In this document: in pieces, positions 41,156 through 54,165 of the stretch | Position numbering within the stretch: the first letter of the stretch is position 1 | Layout of the letters: every line of letters starts with the position of its first letter | Source: Octopus bimaculoides | Lineage: Eukaryota | Direction: 5' to 3' | Length of the DNA: 63,751 bases | Assembly (NCBI RefSeq): GCF_001194135.2 | Contig: NC_068993.1 | Span: 5,956,001-6,019,751 of the forward strand | Notes under the pieces: generated by a model | Seen by the model: the letters and a program-made list of their open reading frames with translations, nothing else | The model's database searches: none | Told to the model about the DNA's origin: nothing | Program-made: the position numbers and the translations under genes

Positions 41156-42788
41156 TGTGTGTTTGCTCACCGTACTAGAAATAGTGGCCGGTTTTCTCTC
41201 AAATCACATCTAATAATCTGTGAAATAAGAAGAAAATAAGTGAAAAGATAGAAAAAAAAATAGTTACAGCAAAAGACAAATCAAAATAGAGCTCGAAAAT
41301 ATATTTTAAGTAATGGAGAGAATAAATATACCGTCGTAAAACTGATAAGAATCGACAGAGAGCGGAAGTAAGAGAGCATGAAAGACCAATGGTGGCTCCT
41401 AAACTGTTGTAAAGATAGAATCCAGTCTTATTTTAGCTGCACAGATACAATATCTGTCCGCCATAACAAAATACAAAAAAAAAGCAGGAAAATAGACAAA
41501 ATAATGAAATATGAGATCAACTAGAAATGGTTGGTGTGCAGTTAGTGTTACGCTGGAAAGAAAGTCCTGCTGCATATCAAGGGAAAGAAATAACGCTTGT
41601 TTGGACTTAATTAATATATTTAATCAAGATAATATTTCCCTTCATTATGGATAACGTAATCCCATAATATAATTCCATCATTTGGCAAATTGATGGTCCG
41701 TCAGGCGTAAAATTTCTTCAGATTTTGAAGTAGAAAAAACCCACTCAATATCACTTTTAAGCGCTTTACAATTAATAAACTGTTTTTCCTCTAAACAATC
41801 TTCCTTCTGTCTTTTTATCTTTCGTTTCTTTCAGTCACTGGACTGTGGTCTTGCTAGAGACTCGTCCTNNNNNNNNNNNNNNNNNNNNNNNNNNNNNNNN
41901 NNNNNNNNNNNNNNNNNNNNNNNNNNNNNNNNNNNNNNNNNNNNNNNNNNNNNNNNNNNNNNNNNNNNNNNNNNNNNNNNNNNNNNNNNNNNNNNNNNNN
42001 NNNNNNNNNNNNNNNNNNNNNNNNNNNNNNNNNNNNNNNNNNNNNNNNNNNNNNNNNNNNNNNNNNNNNNNNNNNNNNNNNNNNNNNNNNNNNNNNNNNN
42101 NNNNNNNNNNNNNNNNNNNNNNNNNNNNNNNNNNNNNNNNNNNNNNNNNNNNNNNNNNNNNNNNNNNNNNNNNNNNNNNNNNNNNNNNNNNNNNNNNNNN
42201 NNNNNNNNNNNNNNNNNNNNNNNNNNNNNNNNNNNNNNNNNNNNNNNNNNNNNNNNNNNNNNNNNNNNNNNNNNNNNNNNNNNNNNNNNNNNNNNNNNNN
42301 NNNNNNNNNNNNNNNNNNNNNNNNNNNNNNNNNNNNNNNNNNNNNNNNNNNNNNNNNNNNNNNNNNNNNNNNNNNNNNNNNNNNNNNNNNNNNNNNNNNN
42401 NNNNNNNNNNNNNNNNNNNNNNNNNNNNNNNNNNNNNNNNNNNNNNNNNNNNNNNNNNNNNNNNNNNNNNNNNNNNNNNNNNNNNNNNNNNNNNNNNNNN
42501 NNNNNNNNNNNNNNNNNNNNNNNNNNNNNNNNNNNNNNNNNNNNNNNNNNNNNNNNNNNNNNNNNNNNNNNNNNNNNNNNNNNNNNNNNNNNNNNNNNNN
42601 NNNNNNNNNNNNNNNNNNNNNNNNNNNNNNNNNNNNNNNNNNNNNNNNNNNNNNNNNNNNNNNNNNNNNNNNNNNNNNNNNNNNNNNNNNNNNNNNNNNN
42701 NNNNNNNNNNNNNNNNNNNNNNNNNNNNNNNNNNNNNNNNNNNNNNNNNNNGGGGGGGGGGGGTCGAGCAAATGGACATGAAGACAAA

Positions 42789-42962
42789 GGCGGCGAACTG
42801 GCAGAAACCTTAGCACGCCGGGCGAGATGCTTAGCGGTATTTTGTCTGCCGTTACGTTCTGAGTTCGGGGAGGGACCAGTCGATTAGATCGACCCAGTAC
42901 GCAACTGGTACTTAATTTATCGACCCCAAAAGGATGAAAAGCAAAGTCGACTTCGGTGGAAT
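42789..42962. mobile_element. SINE family A with head on the + strand and body inverted
   Basis: The head at 42789-42866 ends at ttctgagttc. The reverse complement of 42867-42962 starts attccaccgaagtcgac, the expected continuation minus 2 nt. Confidence 0.85.
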
Positions 42963-43428
42963 CAGTTTATATACTCAACAAATATAGTAGCTATAGAAAA
43001 TTGGAGGTGCTAATTTGCATACCGTAAGTGTTAATACTTCCTTTAGTATTTGAGGCCTGTCAACAAGGATCTCAGTCCACATAGTATCAAGATATGATTT
43101 AACATATTTCTGTAAAGATGATTTATTCTCAGACAAAAATCACACCGCCGTGCCTTTCACTGGTATATATACATATACGTTAAATATAATATACAGTCGA
43201 CTGGAGTTTATTCTTTTATTGAGGAAATCATCATTTGCTAACGTTCTATCAATCATTTAAACTTTAAATTTTTGATATTGAAATGTCAATGGTGTTGTAA
43301 TCTGGTTTGCTTTCTCCTCTTGGTTCCACAGTATTTGTGAATTTGCCAACATTGCCGGCGGCCACTTAAGGTTGAAGAAACTGGTGTTGTAAACATAATT
43401 TCTTTTACTGAATATTATATACTACACA

Positions 43429-43468
<40 letters not shown>

Positions 43469-43544
43469 TGTAGTATAAAATATATATATGTATATATATC
43501 TGTGTGTGCGTGTATTTGCATGAATGTTTATATACATATACGTG

Positions 43545-43590
<46 letters not shown>

Positions 43591-43678
43591 AGAATATAAG
43601 AAAAAACAACAACAGACGAGGACAGGTGGTGTAAATAACAAAAGGATGTATTAGTATGACGCTCGGGAATACGGAAAG

Positions 43679-43715
43679 TCTTTGACGTTTCGAGCTACGC
43701 TCTTCAACAGAAAGA
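43679..43715 (-). ncRNA. Best-preserved Penelope-type minimal hammerhead motif (type I topology)
   Basis: Minus strand reads TCTTT CTGTTGA A GAGC-GTA-GCTC GAAAC GTC AAAGA. It has a perfect 5-bp stem I, a 4-bp stem II, a palindromic ACGT mini stem III and a GUC triplet; the core has A6U. Confidence 0.65.
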
Positions 43716-44889
43716 ATACGGAGACAAGGAGAAAAACATGGAGAAAAAAAAATTGAATAGTGTCCAGTCAACGGTCAAATGTATGTACATACACACACAC
43801 TCACACATGCGTACATATATGTCATCAGAGAAGAAGCATATATATGGCCACCTGATTCACCAGGAATAGCAGCCAAATGTCCTGATCACAAAACAGAACA
43901 TATTAAAACAAGAAGGAATCATTGCTCAATGTACCCCAGGACCTAATATTTATTAAAGAAAGAAAAATAAAGAAAAGGAGGGCGAAATTGTCACAACGTA
44001 AAAGCCCTTTTATCAATGACCTACCCTATCTAAATTGACTTAGGCTAAACAGGAGCAACAACGACCACAACAGCATCAACAATTACATGTATGTATCTAT
44101 CTATTTATATACGTGTGTGTCTGTCTGTGTATCTGTCTGTTTGTGTGTGTGTCTGTCTATCTATCTACCTATATATANNNNNNNNNNNNNNNNNNNNNNN
44201 NNNNNNNNNNNNNATATACAGATATATATATATATACACATGCACACGCGCATCATTAGTTAAAGTATTGCTCATTGCAATAACAATACAGTGCAAAATG
44301 AATTACATTTTGTATATGAAACACTATTTAATATTCAAAGGTGATGTCAAAGCCATTCTCTTCTCTTATATATTCACCACGTTGAGGTTTAGCCAGAAAA
44401 AAATTGATTAGTTTTCAAATGAATGGAACGCTCCATAAAATCGTCAACACATTACGTCTGCTCTCCAGTTTTCATTAGTAATTACAGTTAATTTCTTTCA
44501 TTTTATGTCTCTAGTGTTATTCAAATGAAATACGGACGTCACATAACTACATTTTCTACTCATATAAGACGTCAATAGGAATTTCATTTTGCTTAAAAGG
44601 TATTAGAAATGTTTCGGTTTTCGCGTTTGGTTTGCAAGATTCTTGATGTGAAATCGTGTGTTGAAACAAATAAAGTGCTATATTAAATTTCACCAAAATA
44701 AAATGTGCTGAATTATACAATAAGATTAATTAGATTAAACAAGACAAGCCACATATCAACTACATCAACGAATGACGTAGCTTGTATGTGATCGATTGAT
44801 CTGCTTGAAATAGCAGCCAAGTCTCTCATATTGTATTCAAACGTCTTAAAAAAAGAGACGCAATGAATAATTTAGTCTGGGATATATTT

Positions 44890-45090
44890 ATTTCTTTATT
44901 GCTCACAGGGGGCTAAACATAGAGAGAACAAAGGGATTAAGTCGATTGCATAACTGGTACTAACTTAATCGACCCCGAAAGGATGAAAGGCAAAGTCGAC
45001 CTCGGCGGAATTTGAACTCAGATCGTAACGGCAGACGAAATACCGCTAAGGATTTCGTCCGGCGTGCTAACGATTCTGCCAGCTAGCCGT
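44890..45090 (-). mobile_element. SINE family A, variant tail
   Basis: Near-consensus head and body. Confidence 0.88.
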
Positions 45091-45862
45091 CTGGGATATA
45101 TTATGCCTGAAAACCTATACGATGGTTAGGACTAGATCGAGGAGACTTTGGTCTATTGGTCTACAAACAGCAACCGCATATGACTTACACCTGATTTGCT
45201 TTCGCTGTTGCTCACGGAAGAAATTTGATTTTCAATAAATGACAATTTTGTTATAGAATGTATAAATATATTTATTTCGTCTGGAAATCGAATTGGAAAT
45301 ATCAGTGAATTTTTGAGAAGTTTGCAAGAATTTTCATGTCGGAATGAAATTAACTGAAGTCTTGAATTGACGAATTGAGAGAACTTTGGTAAAAGGAAAG
45401 AAAGAACTTTATCTTCTGGATTCTAATGATATGGAAAGACTCTGACAATCACACAGTCGATTTACGACCAACTTCCGCTATATTGGCGTCTTTAGATTCA
45501 ATTGTTTACACAAGAGAAAACCCAACATATTTAAACAAAACATATCTAATTATACTCTCTGTAGCTAGCTCTGATGAGCAATCATGCTCTTGTTGTTGCA
45601 ACTGTCGGTTGTCTTGTGGATAGGAAGTTCATTCATTAACCAAAGTAATTAACACGAAGAATGGAGATTTTTACAGATCCGATTCTAGCTTCAAAGGATC
45701 TAATTTGCAATTTTAATTGGCTGATTCTTGTCGGAGATTTCAATTTGGACGAGAACTCTCTCCAAAACCGCAAAGCTACTGGAATCAAAGCCGAGTCGAC
45801 AAAGCAATAAATAAATAAATTGATTTTTCCCTGGTTCATCCTTTGGACTTTTCTGTTTTTTC

Positions 45863-45899
45863 TATTTCCGAAGAAGATCTATGCTCGAAACGTAAAACA
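45863..45899 (+). ncRNA. Decayed Penelope-type minimal hammerhead motif
   Basis: TATTT CCGAAGA A GATC-TAT-GCTC GAAAC GTA AAACA; same subfamily as the copy at 32-69. Confidence 0.55.
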
Positions 45900-46014
45900 A
45901 CTACTCTCCCCTTTCTCGGAGCATCATATTAATACTTTTGTGCTACGTCCTCACGTTTGTTTGTTTGTTTTTCCTTTTTCATTTTCCCTTGTTTATTTCT
46001 CTGCTTATTTTTAC

Positions 46015-46058
<44 letters not shown>

Positions 46059-48021
46059 NNNNNNNNNNNNNNNNNNNNNNNNNNNNNNNNNNNNNNNNNN
46101 NNNNNNNNNNNNNNNNNNNNNNNNNNNNNNNNNNNNNNNNNNNNNNNNNNNNNNNNNNNNNNNNNNNNNNNNNNNNNNNNNNNNNNNNNNNNNNNNNNNN
46201 NNNNNNNNNNNNNNNNNNNNNNNNNNNNNNNNNNNNNNNNNNNNNNNNNNNNNNNNNNNNNNNNNNNNNNNNNNNNNNNNNNNNNNNNNNNNNNNNNNNN
46301 NNNNNNNNNNNNNNNNNNNNNNNNNNNNNNNNNNNNNNNNNNNNNNNNNNNNNNNNNNNNNNNNNNNNNNNNNNNNNNNNNNNNNNNNNNNNNNNNNNNN
46401 NNNNNNNNNNNNNNNNNNNNNNNNNNNNNNNNNNNNNNNNNNNNNNNNNNNNNNNNNNNNNNNNNNNNNNNNNNNNNNNNNNNNNNNNNNNNNNNNNNNN
46501 NNNNNNNNNNNNNNNNNNNNNNNNNNNNNNNNNNNNNNNNNNNNNNNNNNNNNNNNNNNNNNNNNNNNNNNNNNNNNNNNNNNNNNNNNNNNNNNNNNNN
46601 NNNNNNNNNNNNNNNNNNNNNNNNNNNNNNNNNNNNNNNNNNNNNNNNNNNNNNNNNNNNNNNNNNNNNNNNNNNNNNNNNNNNNNNNNNNNNNNNNNNN
46701 NNNNNNNNNNNNNNNNNNNNNNNNNNNNNNNNNNNNNNNNNNNNNNNNNNNNNNNNNNNNNNNNNNNNNNNNNNNNNNNNNNNNNNNNNNNNNNNNNNNN
46801 NNNNNNNNNNNNNNNNNNNNNNNNNNNNNNNNNNTATATATATATATAGTTACACTCATATACACACACACACATACATACATGTGTGCGTATATGCGTA
46901 TGTCTATAACACTTGTCTATTATGTCCTCCCGTTAGTGAACACAAATCTTTCATCGTTTATTTTCATTTGCTTCAATCATTGCATCGAAGTCATGCTGGG
47001 GCACCGCCTTGGAGATATTAGTAGAACAAATTGACCGCAGGACATTTTCTTTTCTAAACTTGGTAGTTATTCTATTAGTGACTTTTTTGCTGAATTTGCT
47101 GAATTTACGGGGACGTAAACAAACCCAAACCGTTTGACAAGCGATGGTGAGGGACGAACACACATATGAAGACACACATTCGTAGATATGAACATATAGA
47201 TATTCGTACACTGTGTGTGCATATGTGTGTGTGCGTGTGCGTGTATATAATACGTAAATTCCTTCCCTTCGTTCTATTTATCACAAAGAATATATTAGGA
47301 TATATATTGAGTTGGTACATTAATTTAGTAACTAAACACTGTTGCATGGAGAATTACAATTAATGCAGTTTATCGGAGAATACATTTTAAGCATAATTTT
47401 AGTGATAAACGGCATCTTAATGAAACAACATATACGGAAGCATCTAATGGTGAAACAACTCGAACGTTAAAATCTGTAAGAGGGAAAGTAAAAATATGCA
47501 AAACTTTTTTCAAGTTTAAAATATGACATAGTCGTCGTTATTCATATTCCAGCGATGAAGCTTTGTATTTTTTAGAAGCCATCTTGTTCCTCAGGCGAAG
47601 AATTGAAATAAATTAAAACAGGAGAGAACAAACAAAGAACAATACACAACACTCATATATTTACCGAGGATTTTACTGTGCAAATGGAAGATATATTTTC
47701 TTCGCCATTCCATAGTGTTTGTTAAATATAATACCACATATAACACTAATCATACATAACAAAAATGAAAATGAAGAAACGCACAACGAAACGAAAAAAG
47801 CAAAAACAAAAAGAACCAGAAATCTTTTTCATAGAGTTTATTGCCTGTTTTTCTCCTCTTCATAATTATGTAAATATTTAACAAGTGATATATTTCCAAA
47901 ATTCCTTTTGAATAAATGAAGAATTATAGAATTATATTCACAAAGGAGAACATCTGGGAAAAAAACAACAAAATAAAAGAAAGGAAAAAATAACAAAGTA
48001 TATGTAATAGAATATAAATTA

Positions 48022-48162
48022 TTCTTCTTCTTCTTCTTCTTCTTCTTCTTCTTCTTCTTCTTCTTCTTCTTCTTCTTCTTCTTCTTCTTCTTCTTCTTCT
48101 TCTTCTTCTTCTTCTTCTTCTTCTTCTTCTTCTTCTTCTTCTTCTTCTTCTTCTTCTTCTTC
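48022..48162. repeat. Perfect (TTC)n microsatellite, about 46 units
   Basis: Direct reading. Confidence 0.95.
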
Positions 48163-48975
48163 GTAATTTATTATTATTATTATTACTATTATTAACACGA
48201 ATCCAATCCATATTGTATTGGAGTTTAGATATAAATTGAAAAACACAACAACAGTATTAACAATTATAAATAACAAGGAAAAGAAAGGAAACCGGAACGA
48301 AGAATTTTAAAGATGAATTTATTATTGATTTTTGGTTTAAATTGAAATGTAACAGACAAATACTCACAAAAGGATTCCTGAACCCATTTTTCTATCAGCA
48401 GACGTTTTCTGATATCACATATATTTTCTTTGAATTTCTTAGAATTGTTTTGTCATTCTATTGAGTAAAACCTCTGTGTGGTCTCTCAACATGTTAGATA
48501 TTGTAGCCAAAGCCCTCTCAAATCCCATCCTATTGTCTTTAGAAATGGAAGTATGGAAGTATGAAAGAACATATTTGGGAGTGCATTCTGGAATAAACTA
48601 AAGAGATGGGGATGATCATGCTTATATTGCTCTTGATCATATGCCTGCTCGTCTGTGACTAACCTGGGGTTAAACAACAATAACAATAACATGAGTATGT
48701 TTTCTCGTAAAGAGTGACTCACTGAGATCAAGTGTAAACTTTGGAGTAACTAATGAATGCCATTAAAAGATGCAATATACCTGTCTCATTTAGTATCACA
48801 TATTAAAATATTGTGTGTAATATATTTAAGATAGTATAGATACATTGTGGCGCTCGATATCATCAATCAAAATATACTGAATAATTATTTTAGTTAATAT
48901 AAATTTAGTGTTTATCTTTTGTCAAGTTGGAAATTAAAATTTTCAAAGTTATATAAGTTAATATGAATCTACTGT

Positions 48976-49290
48976 GGCACTTGGAGTCACAAATTAAAAA
49001 AATTCTGTGTAATAAACCGAAGTTAAATGTCGAATTAAATGTCAGGTTTAGTCACAAATTAAAACATGTAAATTTAGTGTCACAAACGGAGTCACAAATT
49101 AAAATATGTGACTCCATGGGTGTAATTGGTGCCGCAAAATAAAATATTCAAGCTAATTGTAACACTTGGAATCACAAATCAAAATATCTCAAGGAAAACA
49201 TGTAAATGTGGTATCCCAATTAAAGTCACAAATTAAAATAATATATATTAATTTAAATCAAAGGTAACACCTGGAGCTACAAATTATGTA
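48976..49290 (+). repeat. Degenerate array of a GGAGTCACAAATTAAAA motif
   Basis: Copies near 48983, 49048, 49077, 49088, 49128, 49168, 49222 and 49273. Confidence 0.75.
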
Positions 49291-50207
49291 TGAATCTTTA
49301 CGTTTATGTAAATCAAAGAGCGTTTACTTTGTTCTTTGTTGTTTTATCATCCATTGTTTGTTTTACCATCCATTTTAAAATGGACGCCATCATGATCATC
49401 ACCACACTCAACATTATATCGGGTCTATTTCGGTTTGATTGCGATTGAAAACAAATTATTTGAAACAACACAACTGGGGTACCATCTGCTGATGAGAGAG
49501 CTTCTACATAGTTGCTTGATCTGCTACAAATAGAAGTGAAATGTTCCTTAAATTATACTTTATTCTATTACCAAAAATATAAATATACTAAAAGGCAATG
49601 AACGACACATAGGATTATGTAGTCGTAGATGCAATATAACTGGATAAAATATATACAGGGATGGTCATCAATGGAATGCCTTTACTGATAGATGTGTTCA
49701 AGCAGGACTAAAGTGGAACTGGACAACCCTTATCGTTGAGACTGTGCCTCATTCTTTTCCAACCCCGTAAAAAAATTCGAGAAATCACAAACAGTAATAT
49801 GAGGTGAATGGATAATGGTTTAGTTAAATTATATTCCAAGAGGAATCGAATCAGTTCCAGGAATCGAAGATTATAATTGATAAGAGATTTGAGATTAAAA
49901 CTTCAGAATAAAGAGAAGTCAAAGAAAATTTAAGTTGCAGATAAGTGTAAATGTGCTTCTGTTAGTGTAGACGAGTGTATTTACAGATCAATTAATTGTG
50001 AAATTATAATATATTTTAATATATAGATGTGTGTGTGTATATATGGGAATGAGTGCATGCGTGCAAAATTCAAAATGATAATAATAATAATAGTGATAAA
50101 TAAGGCAAAAACAAACTACTGTCAACATATACATTTCTTCTTATTGCTCAATGTTACAAGAAACCATCAAGGTACATGAAAATGTATTATGCATAAAATG
50201 ACTCGAC

Positions 50208-50430
<223 letters not shown>

Positions 50431-50497
50431 TGCGCACGCGTGTAAACATATACAATAGATGTATATGCAGATGAATATATATATATATATATATATA

Positions 50498-51012
50498 TTA
50501 GGTCATTAAGAATAAAATGTCCGATTTTCTTATGCTACAAGTTTGACAGTCGTTAACACTGTTTTATCATGACAATTCTTTGTTTTACAACATTGAAGAG
50601 TTGCATCATCACTTTTCTAAATGCAATTCATGGTGTCTGATTTTATTCTGTTCCAAGACAATGCTCGACCACATGTTGCACAAAGAACGCTACTCAAGCT
50701 ACAGGAACTGAACTTGGAAGTACTCTGTCATCCACCATATTCACCAGACATTGCACCAACTGACTTCATGTTTCCCAGGCATTAGACAACTTTTTGCAAC
50801 GAAAAACTTTAAATCTGAAGATTCAAAAAAAGCCTTTCGCGACTTCATCACCTCTTGCACTCCAGAATTCTTCGCTACCGGCATAAATAAGCTACCGATT
50901 AAAATGGCAAAATCGTGTTGATAATTTAGATGCATACTTTGATTAACTACAATGCTTTTTGTTGAGATAAAGTAAAATAAACTTTCTGTTCATTTCATTC
51001 TTAATGACCCGA
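50498..51012 (+). mobile_element. Internally deleted mariner element (DD34D, Hsmar1/cecropia-like C-terminus)
   Basis: Roughly 22-bp TIRs (ttaggtcattaagaataaaatg / catttcattcttaatgacccga) with TA flanks. Coding remnant ILFQDNARPHVAQRTLLKLQELNLEVLCHPPYSPDIAPTDF...FFATGINKL...AYFD*. Confidence 0.9.
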
Positions 51013-51313
51013 TATATATATACGTATATATGGAGAGAGATAGATAAATAGACAGAGATAGATAGATAGATAGATAATGCATACATACATACATAGACGA
51101 ATAAATTACTAAAGATTGAAACAGAAAGTGAAACACAGAAAGACATGCGTGCGTGTGTGTTTGCATTTAAATATATGTTATCTCACCTGTAAATATAAAA
51201 TGCATGTGCTGTTTTGATGTCCTCTTTGCCTAATTTCATCAGTTCAGTGGTATCCAATTATCACATTATAAATATATATATTGGCTAAATTGGCAACATG
51301 ATCATCCCCAAAT

Positions 51314-51346
<33 letters not shown>

Positions 51347-51478
51347 NNNNNNNNNNNNNNNNNNNNNNNNNNNNNNNNNNNNNNNNNNNNNNNNNNNNNN
51401 NNNNNNNNNNNNNNNNNNNNNNNNNNNNNNNNNNNNNNNNNNNNNNNNNNNNNNNNNNNNNNNNNNNNNNNATATATA

Positions 51479-52697
51479 TAGGGTGGCCCCAAAAATACAT
51501 CCACACCTTAACAGCTGATAACTAAATATTCAGCTGTTTCTTTGATTTAGTCCAAGAGAAATAATGAAGTGAACAAGACTAAGCTAGCTTTGAAAAAAAA
51601 AAAGAAACTTATCGTAAATTGGTATTGGAAGTTTGAAAATGCGGTCGAGGAGAGTTTAGGAGGGAGTTTGAAACAGATACACCTATCTGATTAATCATTA
51701 CTGGAATTAGAGATCAATTTGAAGCTGTTGAAACTGTTTAGAATGTCATCAAGAAAAATCTCGGAAGACCGCGGGCTCGAATAAGCCCCATAAAGCAACA
51801 AAGTGTACGGGAAGTGTATTGCCAGGGTTGAAGAAAATCTGCTGGGCAAGCGAGTCGTGAGATAGCGTCCATTGCATTTCAAAGTGCCGTTTGTTTTGGG
51901 GAAAAGTTTCATTCCAAGAATAGCCCACGTTCTCAATGAGAGTCATCCAGAGCGAAGAGTGGTGTTTTGTGACTGGTATTTGGCAAGATGAGTAGAAAAA
52001 TTCACACAGTCCAAAAACATTGTTTGAAGCTACATTTAAATTAAATGGCTCAATTAATCACCATGGCAGCACCTACTGAATACCCGATAACCCGTATATT
52101 ATGGGGTTCGTCATAATAATTGACTGGGTGTTACAGTATGATGCAGCTTAGATTCTAATGGATTAAGTGGACCATTCTTTTTGATGGTACTATGAGTGAT
52201 CCCATTTACTTGAATTTGTTGCGACAATCTGTCATACTACTTATTCAAGGGGACTTTGAGATGCGGAGTTTTATTTCCAGAGAGAAAGGGCACCCCCGCA
52301 CTACCAGAATAATATAAGGGCTTACCTTGATCGAAATTTACCCAACGGGTGGATTGGACGACGAGGTTCATTAAAATACTCTTTTCGTTCACCGGACCCC
52401 ATACCATTTGCTTTTTGTTGTGGAAACACTTACATTTACGGTACAAAAACGGCAATAGTCGACGATTAGAGGGAAACCATTGAACGAAAATGCGCACAAA
52501 TACTGAACGAAATATTTCTTCAGGTTTACGATTTCATTGCTATGCATGATTAACAATGGCTGACAAATTGGAAACAGAAAAACAGATTAAGTTCCGTCTG
52601 CAGATTTTATTAAACTTAAAAAATGAAATGCATTTTAATAAACACTGACTCTATAATTAATCAATGTATGGTGTATCTACATTTTTAGGACACCCCG
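51479..52697 (+). mobile_element. Decayed Tc1/mariner-superfamily element (DUF4817-type transposase)
   Basis: Imperfect TIRs (tagggtggccccaaaaatac / gtatctacatttttaggacaccccg) with TA flanks. Remnants KLIVNWYWKFENAVE, EATFKLNGSIN, GPFFFDG, EGAPPHY, GWIGRRG and RSPD. Confidence 0.82.
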
Positions 52698-52710
52698 TAT
52701 TTATAAAAGA

Positions 52711-52742
<32 letters not shown>

Positions 52743-52832
52743 NNNNNNNNNNNNNNNNNATACGTTATATATATATATAATATATATATATACTGTGTAA
52801 ATTATATATTTTATATATAGATGTTATATATA

Positions 52833-52875
<43 letters not shown>

Positions 52876-53964
52876 ATATGTATATATATGAGAGATGTTA
52901 TTGAAATCATTGTGAATTTATTTAAACTATCAATCGCAGATCAATGGGTGGTTATTTGTTCACATTAAACCTCACTCCCGCCACAAACACACACACATAC
53001 AAATATTTCCGATGAAGGAGTATCAACGTTGGACGATCTACCTGCTAGAAATAGCAGCCAAATATCCCTCAAAACATTTTCTATTGTCTTAATTAGGAAG
53101 GCTACCATTGATAATGTAGTCTTAGATAAGCTATGGTCAAACGTTTATTAAATCAAGGCTGACCAGCACTAGCAACACCGACTCCATTCTCTATGAAAAT
53201 ATACTTAGAAAGGCGATTGTAATTAAAATATTAGTTATATATATTTTATATATACGTGGCAGTGACGAGTCTCGTTGAATATTGGTTACATTCTGGCAAG
53301 GAGAGTGCGAATCAAGGTTTCGATTCTTTTATGTATTCATTTCATTTCACGTTCGTTTCTAATGCTCGCGACAAAGAAGGCACGTATGAACATCATACTG
53401 TTTCAAATCGCACCCCTGTTCATGAACCTGAGGTTTATCTGCGTACGAAATTAATTATTTTGTTAGTGATTTATCAATCGGATGAAAGACTGCGTTCTAA
53501 ACCTTTTGTATGAATGACATCCGAGACAAGGAGGGGAAAAGGCAGAAGGAGACCACAACTCATAAGTTATCAATTATCATCAAACTAGAACGCCGGTCTA
53601 AATGGGCTCAACAGAGTTGATTCTACTAAAGGCAATCAAGACCCAGATGGTGGTGTTCAACTAGAAAATAGCTTTCATATATTGATTTTGTCAGATAAAT
53701 TCATTCGTTTTTGCTTTCTTACTTGGCACTCCATCGTTTTGTGTGTGAAAAGAGGTGAATTTTATTCGAATTTAAAAAGTGGTAAACAAAAGTTAAAACA
53801 CATAAATGCTACGATTAAAAATATTTTTCGTGTTTATTCAAATAAAATTGGAAAGAATTAATATACTTGCATACAGACAGATATATGTATATATACGTGT
53901 GTGTGTAAAAATGGACGAATTTATCTGACAACCCAACATTGAGTGATAACAGATATAATTTCAG

Positions 53965-54165
53965 ATTTTTGCCACAAGGGCGGCTTGGGGGAGGGGATTA
54001 AATCGTTAACATCGACCCCAGTGCATAACTGGTACTTATTTAATCGTCGCCGAAAGGATGAAAGGCAAAGTCGACCTTGGCGGAAATTGAACTCAGAACG
54101 TAGATGCAGACGAAATACTTTTAAACATTTTGCCCGGCGTGCTAACGATTCTGCCGCTCGCCACC
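53965..54165 (-). mobile_element. SINE family A
   Basis: Near-consensus head and body. Further fragments lie at 30078-30165 (-), 38103-38175 (+), 24560-24750 (-, old) and 2880-2975 (+, old). Confidence 0.85.

Noticed and set aside
43332-43390. Strong plus-strand acceptor followed by ICEFANIAGGHLR
   Set aside because: Weak donor, a competing open frame on the other strand, and no supporting exons.
45716-45752. LILVGDFNLD, an APE-endonuclease-like motif
   Set aside because: Single motif with no other endonuclease motifs in order upstream; insufficient for a call.
47370-47473. Strong minus-strand acceptor followed by DFNVRVVSPLDASVYVV
   Set aside because: It contains an out-of-register internal duplication and an in-frame stop before any good donor.
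48976-49290. CRISPR-like repeat/spacer appearance
   Set aside because: Eukaryotic context, degenerate repeats, irregular and self-similar spacers, and no cas genes.
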